A DNA stretch of 64,000 nt from Phoronis australis (lineage: Eukaryota > Animalia > Phoronida), in NCBI GenBank assembly GCA_002633005.1, contig NMRA01000472.1, positions 252,071 to 316,070 on the forward strand, written 5' to 3'. The notes below the pieces were generated by a model that was given only the letters and a program-made list of their open reading frames with translations, was not told where the DNA came from and ran no database searches. Shown here piece after piece: positions 33,701-48,700 of the stretch; position 1 is the first letter of the stretch; each line of letters begins with the position of its first letter. The position numbers and the translations under genes were made by a program.

Positions 33701-36700
33701 CATTCTGTAACCATGATAGATAATTATTTCTATGCCAAACGGAACGTGCAGGGCGTCTGCACGTAAAACGAAGGCAAAAAAGAATACGAAGAATTTCAGA
33801 ATGCAGTCAGTTTTGACAGAATTGAAAGAAAACCCCATCTAAAATTGAACTGTTTCAATTCAATGACAGGTTACACCTCACTTTCTTTGCCGTGGTATAG
33901 ACCAACTGATATGATGACGAAGTTAATTTATCTCGTTAAAATATTGAATACGTTAGTTTTAACATCCGCCACTTGGGCAATTGTTTGTCAAAAACATATT
34001 CCGGAAAATATACGTACCATAAACCGCGTATCAAATGACAACTGTGCAAATATTACGCATGGAAAAAATTATAACACCGTGCAAATTTAGGTGAAATTTC
34101 GAACAGTGTGTATAAAAGCACATTCGCTTGAAAACGTGACCAATAAGTTAATGCAAAACGCGAAACTTGTTTGCGTTCCTGTAGTGTAACGGCAAAGTCT
34201 GCTATGGTGGGGTGTAGACTTTTTCAGGATTTCCGGATAATTGATAAGAAACACTAAACAGAACGAACCTGAAGCTCTTTTATCGCGTCATTCCCCGTTA
34301 ACTGTTGGGATTTTCAGCTTTTTGTGAATTAATACACTGGAGATGTGTTTAATAAATATTAAGTCAGATCACTATTTATTTCCAGTTTCAGTCGGAGTCT
34401 TAGTTCACGTGAATGAAAAAATACGTTAGGGTCACATCAGATCTGTACACCTACATGTAAACATTTACATTTGTTCGTGAGTATTGAAGGCCTCTTTAAA
34501 CACAGACAAGTTTACCGGTGAAGCTCGTGTGCACGTGAAAACTGCCCGGCGACAAATCTCTGCTTTGTCAAAAGTGCGATTCCTCACCGCGTCGTTTCAA
34601 GCCACTGAACGGCATGCATGTGCAATTCTTGGAGCATAATTTGCTCGCTTGCGTTCAGTGGAATTAGTCTTCATTAGGTTATGTTCTTACCTAAGACGTA
34701 AGTATTCCCAAATTTTAGGTCTCAACATTGAGTTCTTACGTTTGATGAAATTGTTCTTCTCCACAACAATTGAAAAGCCCTGAACGTGCATCATGCAAAG
34801 CAAATCGAATTCGTGAAGCATGACGTTTCCGTAAGGGTTTTGTACGTCTACCGTACTATGGCACATTATTTCGCGAGTTCACAGTATTTGTCGCAAATCG
34901 ATGTTCTCTAACAGTCACGTGCTTTCAAGTAACCAAGTAGGGAACATAAACTTGAACAAAAACATTTGTTGACAAAATTCTCACGACTATTAATCTACTG
35001 TCATCGAAGTCGCTAAAGAAGCAAAGATATATCCTGTAACTATGAGTTCAAACTTCCTCCATTTGTTTGCTCTTCGAATTCTGCGACTCGCACGACTGAA
35101 AAATATCCTGACCAAAAACAAAACCGCTTAAGTTTTTTTTTAGCCCAATGTCATATTGTGCATTTAACGTCATTGATTTGGGCAGAAATTGTATTAATTT
35201 TGGTTCAATTTTTAAGATGACATCAACAGTTACCAAGCAAACGGATTGATCATCAGGAACAATTCAGATCAAGTAACATAATAAAGTCAATGTGGCTTAC
35301 ACTTTTTTACGTTTTCAATTATTAGTTTTTTTATAGAATAACTAGCTTCAAAATAACACCCATTCTGTACGGGTTTCCATAATCGGGTAATTCGAGTTTG
35401 CTGCCTTAGCACGGAATACACTGTGGGTGTCATACAATTATGCAGAACATTGGTAGATTCGAAACCACGCGTGACTCCAGCATGCATGTCGCTGCGGTTA
35501 CTTCGCTTTCGGAAGCCTAAAACCAAACCGGCATTTTGTTATTACATGGGCGGCGCACCATAGGGGGCTGGGGAGGCTATAGCCCCACCACATTTTTCAA
35601 GGTTCTGGCGCCCATGGTCTATGGGCGGGGTACCACAGGGGAACTGGGGAGGGGGGCTATAGCCCCCCACTTTTTTCAGGGCTGCTGTTGTTAAGTAAAA
35701 TGAGTATGGCCCCTGTAGAATGCGTTAGTGACAAATTCAAACCACGGGGTCGCTTACAGCATACCATGTCTCCGTTGACAGCTGCAAATATAGCACACTG
35801 CTACTCGAAACGTTGATTCAGTTACCGCTATTTAACGCATCATGCAGTATTGAAAATCATGGATTAGGCACAAAGTAGCAAACTTGAGTAGGGTCGTTGT
35901 TCCAAATAATTGTTGCACTAAAAACTGTTGGAGTAGCGACATTTGTTGTAATACGCTACTTTTGTGCAACGCACACCACCAATTCGTGAATTTATGGATG
36001 TCGTTAACGCCTACAGTTTTTTAGACACTCGCAATGAATATCTCCAATTCTCTTTGGCTGCCGATTCAGTTAGAACAGTACTCTTTCCAAGCGAGTTTAA
36101 AAATCAGAGACGTAGTCGACTGACTACCCCGGGAGCAAAAATCTCGCATGCTATGCGCGAATATTCCGAATAATTTTATTGTTCCTCTGCTGGGACCTTG
36201 ACCGTGCCAATCCACTTGATCAAGCAGTGTTGCAATGCCATGCGACCTGGGATATTTTAATTGAATAATCAGGACATTTTACTTGAAAATTGACATGTTT
36301 TTTCCACCACAACGTGTGATACGTTGATCGTTTCAGAATTATTGGAAACATTGCTGTTTTGTACCGTTTTATCACCTGTTCTGCCGTGGTGCAGAACTTT
36401 TTTCGGCGCATCCGAAAATTTGCAATAGTAGTCAAAAATTCTTGCGGGTGAAACAAGTCAAAGATTGTATCTGCACTATATCATGTTCAGGCGATGCATG
36501 TATGTTCACATTGAAATGTAAAAGTCATCTATAGGCGCGTTCTCTGTTAGTGTTCTTTCGACCTTGCTTTGGCAACAACTAACTAATGGTCGGACCTCCA
36601 TGAGTTGTTTCATATTTCCAGGTATCAGCCGAGAAGTATAGATACACAAACTCAGCAGGCATTATGCTTGAAATTCCAGGTTGCACAATTCAACTTGACA

Positions 36701-39700
36701 CGAGTGGCCAAAACCTGAGCTCCCATGAGAATTTGGGTGTGTAGAGTTGTGTTATTGCATCATTCTGTCGTATTGAGACTGACTTCAAAAATAGCAGTTA
36801 TTTAAGGATAACGATGTAACTTCATTTTTAAAATAGAAACATTCTTGACATGGTTGCTCTGCCGTATTTTAAAGATTAACGGGGACTCGGTGGATGAAAT
36901 TGGGTTATGAAATCAATCACTACGAGTGAGTATCACCTCTGTGCAGGTCACCAAAAAACAGTCGTGTCTGGAAATTGTTCTTGTAAAGTAAGCCAAAGCG
37001 ACCTACATGTAGGCCTAATTTTGTTACTTTATCTCGATGCTCTGTTCTAAACGTAACTGATATATTGCAAGCTCAATAAATATTTCTCAAAACAATTAGA
37101 ATGATATCAATGACGCTTGCTTGATTTTAATCAGGCCGCATTTTTATTGCTCAAAAGTGTATCGGGTTTTTAAATTTTAGTGAAATGAAGTACAGTTTTG
37201 ACGTGCCAGTGTAAGTCTAATTATTGATTTCCAGATTTTGTTCTATTAATAGATGGACTGGTGTACACATGACGCATTGTACTACTGGGTGATTTTACAT
37301 AAAGAAAGGAATTTTAAAGATTAATTTAGATATTTTTCTAACATTCAAATGTTTGACAGTACAACGTGTTATAATTTTTGGGTGACTGCTATTATTCTAC
37401 TGCACAGTATTTTGCAATTGTACACATTATCTGTACTTATTTCTTCCAAAATGTTGTCCAAGTGAACGTGGGATCCAAATGGCCGTCGGCTACTCGAGGG
37501 GTAACTTGAAATTGCGGCTTTTGTTCAAGTTGTTGAATTTTTGTATTCTTTGTTTGGTTGTCATAGAATCGGTCGTTTTCATTCCGTTGCATATTCTCTG
37601 AGACCAAGTATTTTTGACATTTCCCTCTTTACGCACCATTCTGAAACAAAATGTTGAATAAAATAAATCAACAAACATCTCAAACTTTTGTTACAATATA
37701 GAAAGCTGTACCCATGCCAAACACCAGTTTGAACGTCTGGGCCCGGTCTCTAATCTTTGTACTCGAAACGAACTCGAAACTATTTTTGGCAATTTCTCTG
37801 CTCCTTTTGTGCGAACTTAAGATAATTGGTTATCAAACTGTGCTCGAATACATTATAGTTTATGCATAAGACTTTCTAGGTCAAGTTTGCCCTTGAAGAC
37901 CCTTGTATTCGTGCTACAAACTCGAGTAAAACCTCGAAATTTCGAGTTCAAACTCGAACTTATTGCTTTAAAGTTGGGTTTACAAACTGTGAACTAAGGG
38001 CAATAAATTATCTACGTAGGTTATTGTGTACTCGAGCATAGAATAATAGTCACTTATCTTGAGTTCGCCCAAAAGTAGAGTAGAAAATGCCAAACCTAAT
38101 TTCGAGTTCCATTTCGAGTAAAAAGATTGGAGACCGGGCCCTGGTCGTAAAATTGTCAAACGAAACTAGAGAAAAAAAACAAATTGCAACATCGTTTATT
38201 TGGTTAGTCACGGACTCTTTAATTGGTTCTTTGCGATAAGGAAGTGTCCCTTTAAATATATTCAAGAACTGACAAATGTATCAATTTATCGCGTGTACAC
38301 GCGAAAACTGTCTGGAAAAGCGCTCTTTTTAAAAGCAACGCTTGGCCTGGCCAGACCGCTGCCACGTCGTCTCAAGAATAGCAGAACAATTTGTGTTTGC
38401 GTCGAAATGAAAGCCACAAGATTGATTGGTTTTCTGAACAGCAATCATGACAAGAAGAATGGTTTTGGTGAAATGTGTTTCAACGTGCGTTTAATTTGTA
38501 GAAAACTCTTTATTCTTTTCCAGAACATTTTGCCTGCTGACATGTTGTTTGATGCCATTAACAAGTTGAATTGAGTTTCCTGTTCCCGTTTTCCTGACCA
38601 GTAACAAACCCTATACCAAGGATTGCTTATATTTTTTTCCTTTTACAACTTCATACTTCAGTTACGTTTTGATAATATCCATTGCCAGTAGTCAATTTAC
38701 ACTATATTGATTTTCTCTCATCCTTTTCTTCCTGGTTGTTCCTGATTTAAATTTGTTAGAAGAAATTATTTTGCAGCTCAGGAAAAAGTGAAATTGGTCT
38801 TCATAATTTAGTTTGACCATGTTTTTCAATTCACGCCTCCAGCAGGGATTCGTTTGCGGTAGACCTACTAATTAAAGCAAACCACGAAAGCTTTACCCAT
38901 ATAATCACAGCTTTCACATAAGTGCATTTGCCTTTAACATTTTCTTCTATTACATTGTGCCTAAAAATATCCGGCAAGTCACATTTCGTTTTGTTTATCC
39001 GAAAATTGAAATAGACCTATTACTCTCATGAAACCCATTTCTTAAAAATGACCAAGTTTGAAAATCAAGGTCACGTTATTGTCAATAACAGTGATAGCCC
39101 TTTCCTAGCTAAAACCAGTCATCCGGACTTTGATAAAAGTGTTCATATTTTTAAAGAACATGTCATGTCTTCGCTCTGAGGATTGTTACTGAAACAAACG
39201 TACTACGAGAGCGACGTAACGTTGTTCTTTAAAAATGTTGACTCGAACGACAACTGATGTATTACCTGATAAACAGAGAGTAGATTTAGTAATTGTGTGT
39301 ACAAATGTATTATTTCAACGTTTCCATGATGAGTGATTAAGATTCACGGTGAAGTTAATGATTGTGAAGTTTGCTATAACTTGTTCATTGTTTCTGCAGG
39401 GCCGCACAGCACTACACAGTGCAGCAGTGGAGGGACGTACAGAGGTGGCGCGTGTTTTGTGTGAAGCAGGCGCTAACGTCAACAAGCAAGACTTGGTAAT
39501 AGAAACTACTTGAGACGATTTTATAATTAAGACAATGTTATCTTTGTTACAAAGCTGTAGACTATCTGAAGTTTAACTAAACATGTTGTGTGTAAATACA
39601 CTTTTTATTTCTCATCATTTCGACATGTATTTTTCAATCTGTACCCGGTACATGCATCTTAAGAAACAGTGAGGTTTGAATTGTGTCAACAATATATTTG

Positions 39701-42700
39701 GCGACTTAACGTTGATATTTTTCTATTCTTAATGGTAATCATCCATTCAACATTACAACTTTATATTGAACAGGAAGCCGTTAAACCGATGTATAAACAC
39801 AACAAGGAGGGGTCACTGTGAAGTCATGGCGGCGCTCAGTAATTTCTGGCAGTCGCCTTCTACACCATGTTCTGTTCTTACTTCAAGGTTTTAAAATCAC
39901 CTGTAAAACTTGAGTGATCGTTACAAGTATTGTATCGTCTTAGAGGGGTCAGTAATGTGTCATTTATGTCACCTTACAAGTTCACTTTCCCCCGTGTATG
40001 TTAATTTGCTCTAAACGTTGATCGTCCATTCACACATCTCCATTATATATTACATAGTTGTCGGGCTGGACACCGCTGCACTGTGCAGCAGGGTATGGTC
40101 ATACACAGACAGTGGAGTGTCTTGTGGAACACAACGCTACAGTGGATGCCCGTAATGAGGTAATTAATGACACACAGGTTGTTTGGTTGAACTAGTTGTT
40201 CACAGAAGAGATGATTAAAACCGTTGAAGAACAAATTTTGTTGATATTTTCCCAATTTAATGTCCTTAAACAATGTCAAAATAAATGTCGTCTGCTTTCC
40301 GTTAGAGAACTGCCAAAGCTGCATCCGAACATTTCAGTTGATTCATTATTGTTGTTTTATTTACCTATATATATATTCTACATTTCGTCAAACAATAGTT
40401 TCCTTCACACGATCTGGATCGCCTCATTTAGTTTCAGATTTATTTTCTACGTTATTTTGATTGTCTAACACTTTACAGCGCACAATTACTTGCTGTGTGT
40501 TACCGGCCTGTAACGAGACAGGGAACACTGAACACCGCTCTGTTGTTTTGTTCTTAAACTTAACATTTCCCTGTTGAAATCATTTCAAGTATCCTAGCGT
40601 CTTAGAGGGGTCAGCAATGTTTCATTTATGTCACCTTACAAGTTCACTTTCCCCCGTGTATGTTAATTTGCTCTAAACGTTGATTGTCCATTCACACATC
40701 TCCATTATATATTACATAGTGGGGCTGGACACCGCTGCACTGGGCAGCACGGAATGGTCGTACAGAGACAGTGAAGTGTCTTGTGGAACACAACGCTACA
40801 GCGGATGTCCGTGATGAGGTAATTAATGACACACAGGTTGTTTGGTTGAATTAGTTGTTTACACAAGTGATGATTAAAACTGTTGAGTAACAAATTTTGT
40901 TGATATTTTTAGTAATGTAATGTCTCTAAACAATGTCAGTTTAAATTTCTGCTGCTTTCCATAGCGGGGCCACACACCGCTGCACCTGGCAGCACGGGAG
41001 GGTCATACAGCCGTCGTACAGTGTCTCATCGAACACCGGGCCAACGTGAACGTCTGTGATGAGGTAATTAATGACACACAGGTTGATGAACACACAATAC
41101 GTGATAAGGCTGAATTATTGAGTGTTTTAATTAAATAATCACGAATTGTAATTTTGCTTGTAAACTTTGAATTCACGGCACGTGTTGTGACGCGCACGTG
41201 ACGTGACGTGCTCGCGACATTAAATTATTAGAAACAGTTTTCACTTCACCTGGATTTGTGCATTGAGCAATGGTTCTTTACTTGCATTTCCATAGCACTC
41301 ACTAAATGATTGTGACTCTGTTGTAATATATAACATCAAATTGTAATATTTGAAATCAGTCGCGTGACTACAACAGATCAGCATTTAAGAAATTGCGCTC
41401 ATTTTTGTCTGAGTTTAAATGTCAGTTGTAGTCGTGCTCTGTTGAGTCACCCACTTCATACAGTAAGTATGCAACTGAAGGCGAAGTTCTGAAAGGTATT
41501 AAGCGTGACTCCCTGTTGACGCACTCACTTTGCTATGTATGATGCTGACCAGCATTCTATCATTTTTGTTCATTTACTGTAGGATGGAGACACACCGGTA
41601 CATCATGCATCCCAGATGGGACAGGCAGCGGTCGTGGAGGTGCTGGACGGTGAAGGCTGCTGCGATGCGGCTGCCGTAAACAAGGTATCTCAAGAGTGCT
41701 GTACTCAGAATTTAGTTAATGCTGCAATAAATGTGTTTTAAATGAAAATTGAGTTCGAGGATTTGTTCACTCATAATAAATATCTGATCAAAAATGAACA
41801 ACCTCTTTTCGTGGAGTTATACAAAGAGTCACTTCTTCACTGCAAGTACCTTCCCAGAACACGCAGAGAAACCAAAGCCGCTGGTCTGATCGTACAATCG
41901 GTACACAAACTAAAAACAAACCAAACACCCCATCAGGCGTCAAAAACAGGCACACATTTTGATATTCTCATTTCATAAAAAGATGCAGATTTTTATCAGG
42001 TAAGTGCTTGGAATCAGGTGTGCATTTAGGGACCTCAGTAAAGGTTTTTGTCAAGGTTGATTTAAAAAGCGATTATTAGTCGTGTAGTTTCGTGGTATAT
42101 TTTTAATGCCAATACACTTCTGTGTAATATGTTCCTGTCATGATTTGATTTATATATTCTGTGATGGGGTAATGTAGGGGATGAATTATTCAAACCCCAC
42201 GTCCTGTTTTCACAATTCGAGGAGTCTTCTTAAACTAAACTCTGGAAACAGCAGAGCGCTGTAAAACTAAATCACGCGCCGTAATCTTTTGTGATCCATT
42301 ATAAATCCAGGGTATTGGAATATGTTTGGTTCACCCCTCACGCCACCATGGTATTTCGGGTACCAGTTCAGGGTTCTCGCCGCAGCGAATCAAACAAAGC
42401 CTTTTGGAATAAAGGTTTCTGGTCAAACCGCTAGACGTTCGTTTTCATAGAAATACATGTACGAATACGCAAAAACTTAAATGAATGGACAAAAATCTTT
42501 ATATCGCTACATTGTTATGACAAACTTATATTTTTAAAGGTTGATTTCAAGTTTGGATTGAGAATAAATCGAATCGAAAAATTTTTAACACGCTCGTTGG
42601 AATTTCAACACTAGCGAGTAGAACAGTTCGAGTTCTTGAACATAACATTTTCCCATGATGTTTTTACTTTATTTCTGTTTCTGTTGACAAAGGACGTTAT

Positions 42701-45700
42701 TACATCCGAAAATTTCAGTTGATCCATTCTTGTTGTTTTATTTACCAATTTATATTCTACATTTCGTGAAACAATAGTATCCTTGGGAGGATCTGGATCG
42801 CCTTATTTAGTTTCAGATTTATTTTCTACGTTACCCATGATGTTTGCAATGAATGCAATCTGTGGAGAATGTGAAAGTTCTAAAACTCTTTCGACAATAA
42901 CGTTTTTGGGATGTTTTGTAATAAATATGTTTTTTCGCATTACACTTTATAGACTTAAATGTACGAACTAATAGAATGGAGACCCTTTACGTATTCAGTC
43001 ATTTCTTTCATTATTAAAGATGTTATATTACAGTAAAATTAATTCACTTTCCTTTTCTATGTGATTTTTCGGCAACGTGTACTTTTATCTATGGCTATGG
43101 TGCAACCTACTTTAATTTCTTGGGTGTGAGCATTTTAGTAACTGAAAAATATTTAGTGAACAAAATGCTTACGAGACGAGAAATAGGTTCTGCAGATTAT
43201 TTAAATTTTCAATAACCTCACTCAAAGTTGCTTGGTATTGTTCAAAGTGCACGACTGTGTACATGTATGTTCCTGGCGTGGTCTGATACTCTGTAGCCTG
43301 GTAAACTTGCGAGCTCCCTGCAATGTCATTTGGCATGGGTTGTTTGTAAATTATTTAAAATTTTCTCCCGGTCCGGGCATAACCACCTTTCGCCACCACT
43401 TGCACAAGTGACACGGTGTGGGGACCTGTACCACGTGTTTGGACTGGTCATGAGGAGTACGGTGTCGTCTTGAGCAATTTAATGTAGGAATACAACACCG
43501 GTGCAACAAAAATGCCTTTAGAATGTAGAAATTGGTCCTATATGTAATTAGAATTAGGTTTGCCACCTGTATCTTACATGTAGGAGTATCGTGGCAGGCG
43601 CTGAAAGCTTTTCGCGTTAGTGTGACCAGCAATGACGCCCAGTGTGACTCGATGGCCGTAGTGCTGTAAAAAATCAGGAATATCGGTAAAAGTTTGTTAT
43701 AATATGATGCCTTGTATGATTGATTTAATACATTTCAAACCGTAAGTAATATTTTATAAAAATGTGCTTGTGCTGCAAAAGTTTCAGCTAAAAGTTTGCT
43801 TGATTAACAAAGATAAAAATTATGCAAAGTTTGAATACAGTGTAAGGTAGTCGGACAAAACGACTGTACGGACTCGGCTGAGTCAACTGTACGGACTCGT
43901 CATGAGCAGATTTTTGAAAAGTGCACGAACTCGGCAGTGAACTGGTTAAGAATTAGTCAAATTTTAACAAGAACACACCCTTCAACTTTGATTCCCAATA
44001 GTTCTCGAGGAGTATAGTCGGCTAGGTTATCTGAGAAAGATTAGATTGCAAATGATGTGTAAACGTGAGAACAAAGATAAGAAGTGTTAGGCCTTTGTCA
44101 TTAACCATTTTGAACTGAAACTGAAATTGATGTAGGAAAAGTTTACACTTTTTTCCGATCAACCAACTTAAGTGCTGTGATGGCACAGATCACTTTGATA
44201 TGTTGGAGTAATTGACCACGGTATCGCAGATCAGGTGTCTAGCATTGTATGAACACAGCGGTTTGGAATGTTTCAGAATAAAAAATATGGGCACATTCCT
44301 AACACTGTTTCAGAGCAGGGCTGCGTAACCAGGTAAAGCAAAGTATATCTATACGAGAAAATGAGTTTGATCACAAGCGTCCATTTATGAAGAAGTCAAA
44401 AGTAAAACGTGAAGGCAAAGATGAAGAATACACCGAGAGAAAAGATTGCGAAAGGGATATAGATTGTATGTGAATTTTAGATATATCCTCCAGTTTGAAG
44501 TCGTTACAACAGTCGGCTAATTTTGAAGTTTAGTGCTGGGCTATTTACGTGGTTTACGTGGCAGAAACCAACGAATCTCAGTTATTTGTGGGAGATACAT
44601 GTATAGTCTGTGCAGTAAGTCGGACAGCAAGTTTTTGGCCGGGAATCCGATTGACATTATTTATCGAGATACTGATTGATACGTACCGGAATGGGTTACT
44701 TTCTGCATGTATTGATGAATAATTAGACGACAACAAGTTGAAAACACCGCCGGCTAAATGCTAAACCGTACAGTTGCTAAAGACTAGTTTGGACAGTCAC
44801 GCGAAACTGAGTATGACGAGTCCGTACAGATATTTTGAGAGTAACTCGAACTACAAATTACAAATATCAACTGTACTTACCATGCGCGTTTCCTATGGTT
44901 ACTCATGCTCAAAAAATTAGATAAATAAGAAAAAACAATTGACGCTCCAAGTTCATCGTTGTGTAAACAATCGGTGAAACCTCTTGAGCATATTCAGTAT
45001 GGGGGACCTATTAATGTAATTAAGGTCACATTCAATGACTGCCCTTCCACTGGGCGTATGCCAACAGTTTCATTGCAAAAAGTCATGTGTAACAAAGTTA
45101 ACGATCTCTTAAAGTACGCATTGTCGGTGAATTTTTGCCGATTTTTCTCATGAAGACGCCGTACGCCTCATGACCAGTCCAAACACGTGGGGCAGTGATT
45201 GAAGTGTGGTAACTTACAGAAAGATCGACACCTGGCAACAGTAAAAAGTAGCCTGGCTTCATTACCAGCATTTCTTTATTTACGTGTACTAACTCTAAAC
45301 TACTATTATGTTTCCTGGGCTTGTTCACTTAGTCAAAAACGAAATTGTCTGCAACCGCGTTCCACTTGATTTTGGAATTTCGTTGGCAATAGATTAGTCA
45401 AAGGTGCTGCGTCATTGTTCGACATCCTGAAAGTTTCATGCCGTGTCAGAGAAATAAAATACCAACTATTGGAAATGGTAAGCAAAATCCTAATGCGTCG
45501 AATAAATGTTTGATTGGACACTCGAGTGATTGGTATCCAAAACCCTCAACTTGCAAACAAATTGGTTCGATAAATCGGATTGTTCAAACTTTCATTCGGC
45601 GTCAAAAATCAGTTATAGGTGCTCTATTGGGAAAGGTTGGAATAAGTCCATTTCTTGAGTCTCAGCAAGCCGTCAAATCAGCGGGCGGCGTTGTTTGATT

Positions 45701-48700
45701 TTTCAGCATCTGGTGGATTTCAATTAGTCAGCTGACATGAACTGAAATAAACTGAAAAGAATCTGTGTTTGAAACCTGACTTATTTGCTACAAATTGGTA
45801 GACGTTGATGTATTCAATTTTGAAATCAAGTTTCAAAAAGAAATTACTAGAAATGTAAAAATCAGGAAACAGAAAAAATCAGAGTTTAAGGCAATTATTA
45901 AAAAAATCTTCATACGATTGTGATTCGAGGCCCCCCCCCCAAACGACACGTTTCGTGATAACCAGAAAGTGCTAAGTATTTTAAAATTTCGATGTTTTAG
46001 GGCCCTTCACCTTGGATGAGGAAATGGTGGTATTTTATATTATGTGTTACTGAGACTTTGAAGTCTATATACTCCACTGTATGTTCTTATGAGCCGAGTT
46101 AAGAGTTTTAAACGAAGTCATACTGCCGCAAACCTACGTTTCAAAATACTGTCTCAATTTTTAACACCGTTCCTGCATGGAGTCTGCAGGTAGACGTATA
46201 TCACTAATGTGGGAGAAATTTCAGGCGAGGTGCCCTCAGTATTCTGGCACACTGGGAATCCCAAGTTTGTACTAGTAAGTGTTGAAAATAACTTGTGCAC
46301 AAAATGGTCATCGTGTGATTACGTGCAATTAGTTGACAACTTTTAAATTACCTTAAGCGGTGTGGTTCCAATATGATGGTTGTTTTCAGAACATTCATAT
46401 CTGCGTAAATATCAGTATATGCAAGTTCACGATACTGAAAATAAAACAATCGCCCCTAACTCTACCGACGAAGTTTTAACAGCTCAACCAGGAGCGTTAG
46501 CTTTGTTCTGAAATGCTTCAGCCGTGTTGTTCGGCCAACCTGAACATTGTACACAGTGTGCTATGACGAGTATTGAATGGTGTAAGTGGTAGTAACAATC
46601 CTAATGAAATTGGTGTTTCTTGATAAGATACAAAAACACCCGGGTTTATTTCCGAAATGGCTTTGCACATTGCAAACTTGCCGTTCGCACTGAAGACAGA
46701 CTACAGCACTCGATTCTGATCCGGCCGATGACGAGGAAATATTGTGCGAACCATAGACATCACAGTATAAGATGTCTATGGTGCGAACGACATCACTAGT
46801 GTAGCAGCTGTGAGTGTAATACGAAAATATTGCAACACAGTGTGCGTTATGATATGGACGAACCTGGATCGTTTCGGTTTGATTATTGACATTCAGTTGG
46901 GTTATTTAATTAGTTTATGTATTACTTTACTCATTGTATATCAGTTTCCTTTCAGAATCTGACAGACTGTTGCATCAGCCATTTCATTTTCTGTTCAGAA
47001 ATCGAAGATCGTTTGATTACGAATGGTTTCTTTTGATTTCAGTTCGTATTTTGAAAATTTGATGACATATCTTCACTGAAGTTGTCACCGAATTTTTTTT
47101 TACTCAAACCTGTTCAACTATTCAAAAATGTCTATGTCAGGTCGTTCAACTTCGCATATTTTGGTCATAATGTACTTTATTGTTGCCGATTGTACGAGTC
47201 CATTCTGAAATTTAGCAAAGCATCCTGTTGAACTGAGACAATAACCGTGATGTCAGCAATAATTCTTCTCTTTTTTGATTTCCTTAAATAGTCTGAATGT
47301 AGGTTCTCTTAAAATATGTGTATTAAATTATTTGTGTGTGGTGCATTGTTGCCCGCATTTAGTTGTAGGATACACGGCAAGGTCACCATGTTTTTGACTG
47401 TCGTCTGCTTCACTTGGCTAAACACTATTATGTCGTATTTTTATTTTTGTTGATATCACATCTTCCTGTAACCAAACCTTTTAAGCTAAAAACAAATTCA
47501 GTTTGTATGATTTTATATTTTGCTGAAATCATTATGCTTAAAGATGTATTTGCAGGCGCCTATCTATAGCAGGAACTAAATTTAAAAGACTGCCATTTTC
47601 ATATAATCTACGCTAAACAAAGTGCAGTTATATTCAATGACAACTCGTAAAATGTCAAAACAAAAAATCTGCATACAAGTAACCTTTTCACTAAAGACGT
47701 ACCAAGGAGACTCACTTGCCCGCGCCATGCACTCTTATTCCACAGTTCAGTAATACGCAACAGATCATTTTCGCCACAAAACTGATCAGAATAAGTCATT
47801 TTGATTCTCAAAAACAAATTAGATTATATGCTGTTTCGTTGTTTGTTGTCTATCCCTTTTGCTTCCGTATTTACTGAAAGTGTAATATTGTTCTATGCTG
47901 TAACACCAAAAGTGATTGGCCATTTACAAAATATCCCTTCGACGTAATTGAAATGAGTTGTAACCGCTTCATTTTAATGTGTCAGTTTTGTTACAATTCC
48001 CTCCCGCACGTGACTGAAATCACGACACCTCACATTTACAAAATATGCTCATCCTGCTATTGAAAATGGTTCAAATTTATTTTGGTTGACCAACAGTTTT
48101 TGCAACTCCTTGTAGAATGGCAACACTCCCCTACATGTCGCGTCTGCCTATGGCCAGTTAGCAGTTGTGGAACTTCTGCTTCAAAGGGGTGCTCGTGCGA
48201 CGGTTGTTAATAAGGTAAGATAACAGTGTTAAATTGTGTGATGCGCTATCAATTTTTTTATTCATGTTAGTTTTAAAGATCAAGTGACGTCGCTAAAAAG
48301 ATGGCGTATATGTCATTGGGCAGGTAATTAGCGTTTGTTGGCAGCGTAAGTATCAGTGTTTGGATTTTTGTTGAGTGTATTACCAAACATTCACATGTAC
48401 GTTTCGGCTAAATGAAGCAGTGTCCACGGTGGCTGACAAAGCCTTTTCTTAATTTTCTATTAGCAAAAACAGTAAACCTAGCGACTGCTCACATTTGATT
48501 TTTACTCACTTATGTAGCTGCCGAGGCATAAATTAAATTATTTGAAGATTCCTGGAACGCGAAAAACCTGCTAAATTGCGTTATTCATTCAGGGTTTTCC
48601 TGCCACTGAAACAACAGGCATTTATCCAATGTCTTCGTAAAACTTTATATTTAGTGTTGATGACAAAGTGTTTTTTTTTAGTTTCAAATTTCAAAAAAAT

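Noticed and set aside
36622-36720. Possible extra exon ([20 protein letters not shown]...) after tttccag
   Set aside because: No convincing donor or domain match, and exon 30644-30733 joins 39400 cleanly without it.
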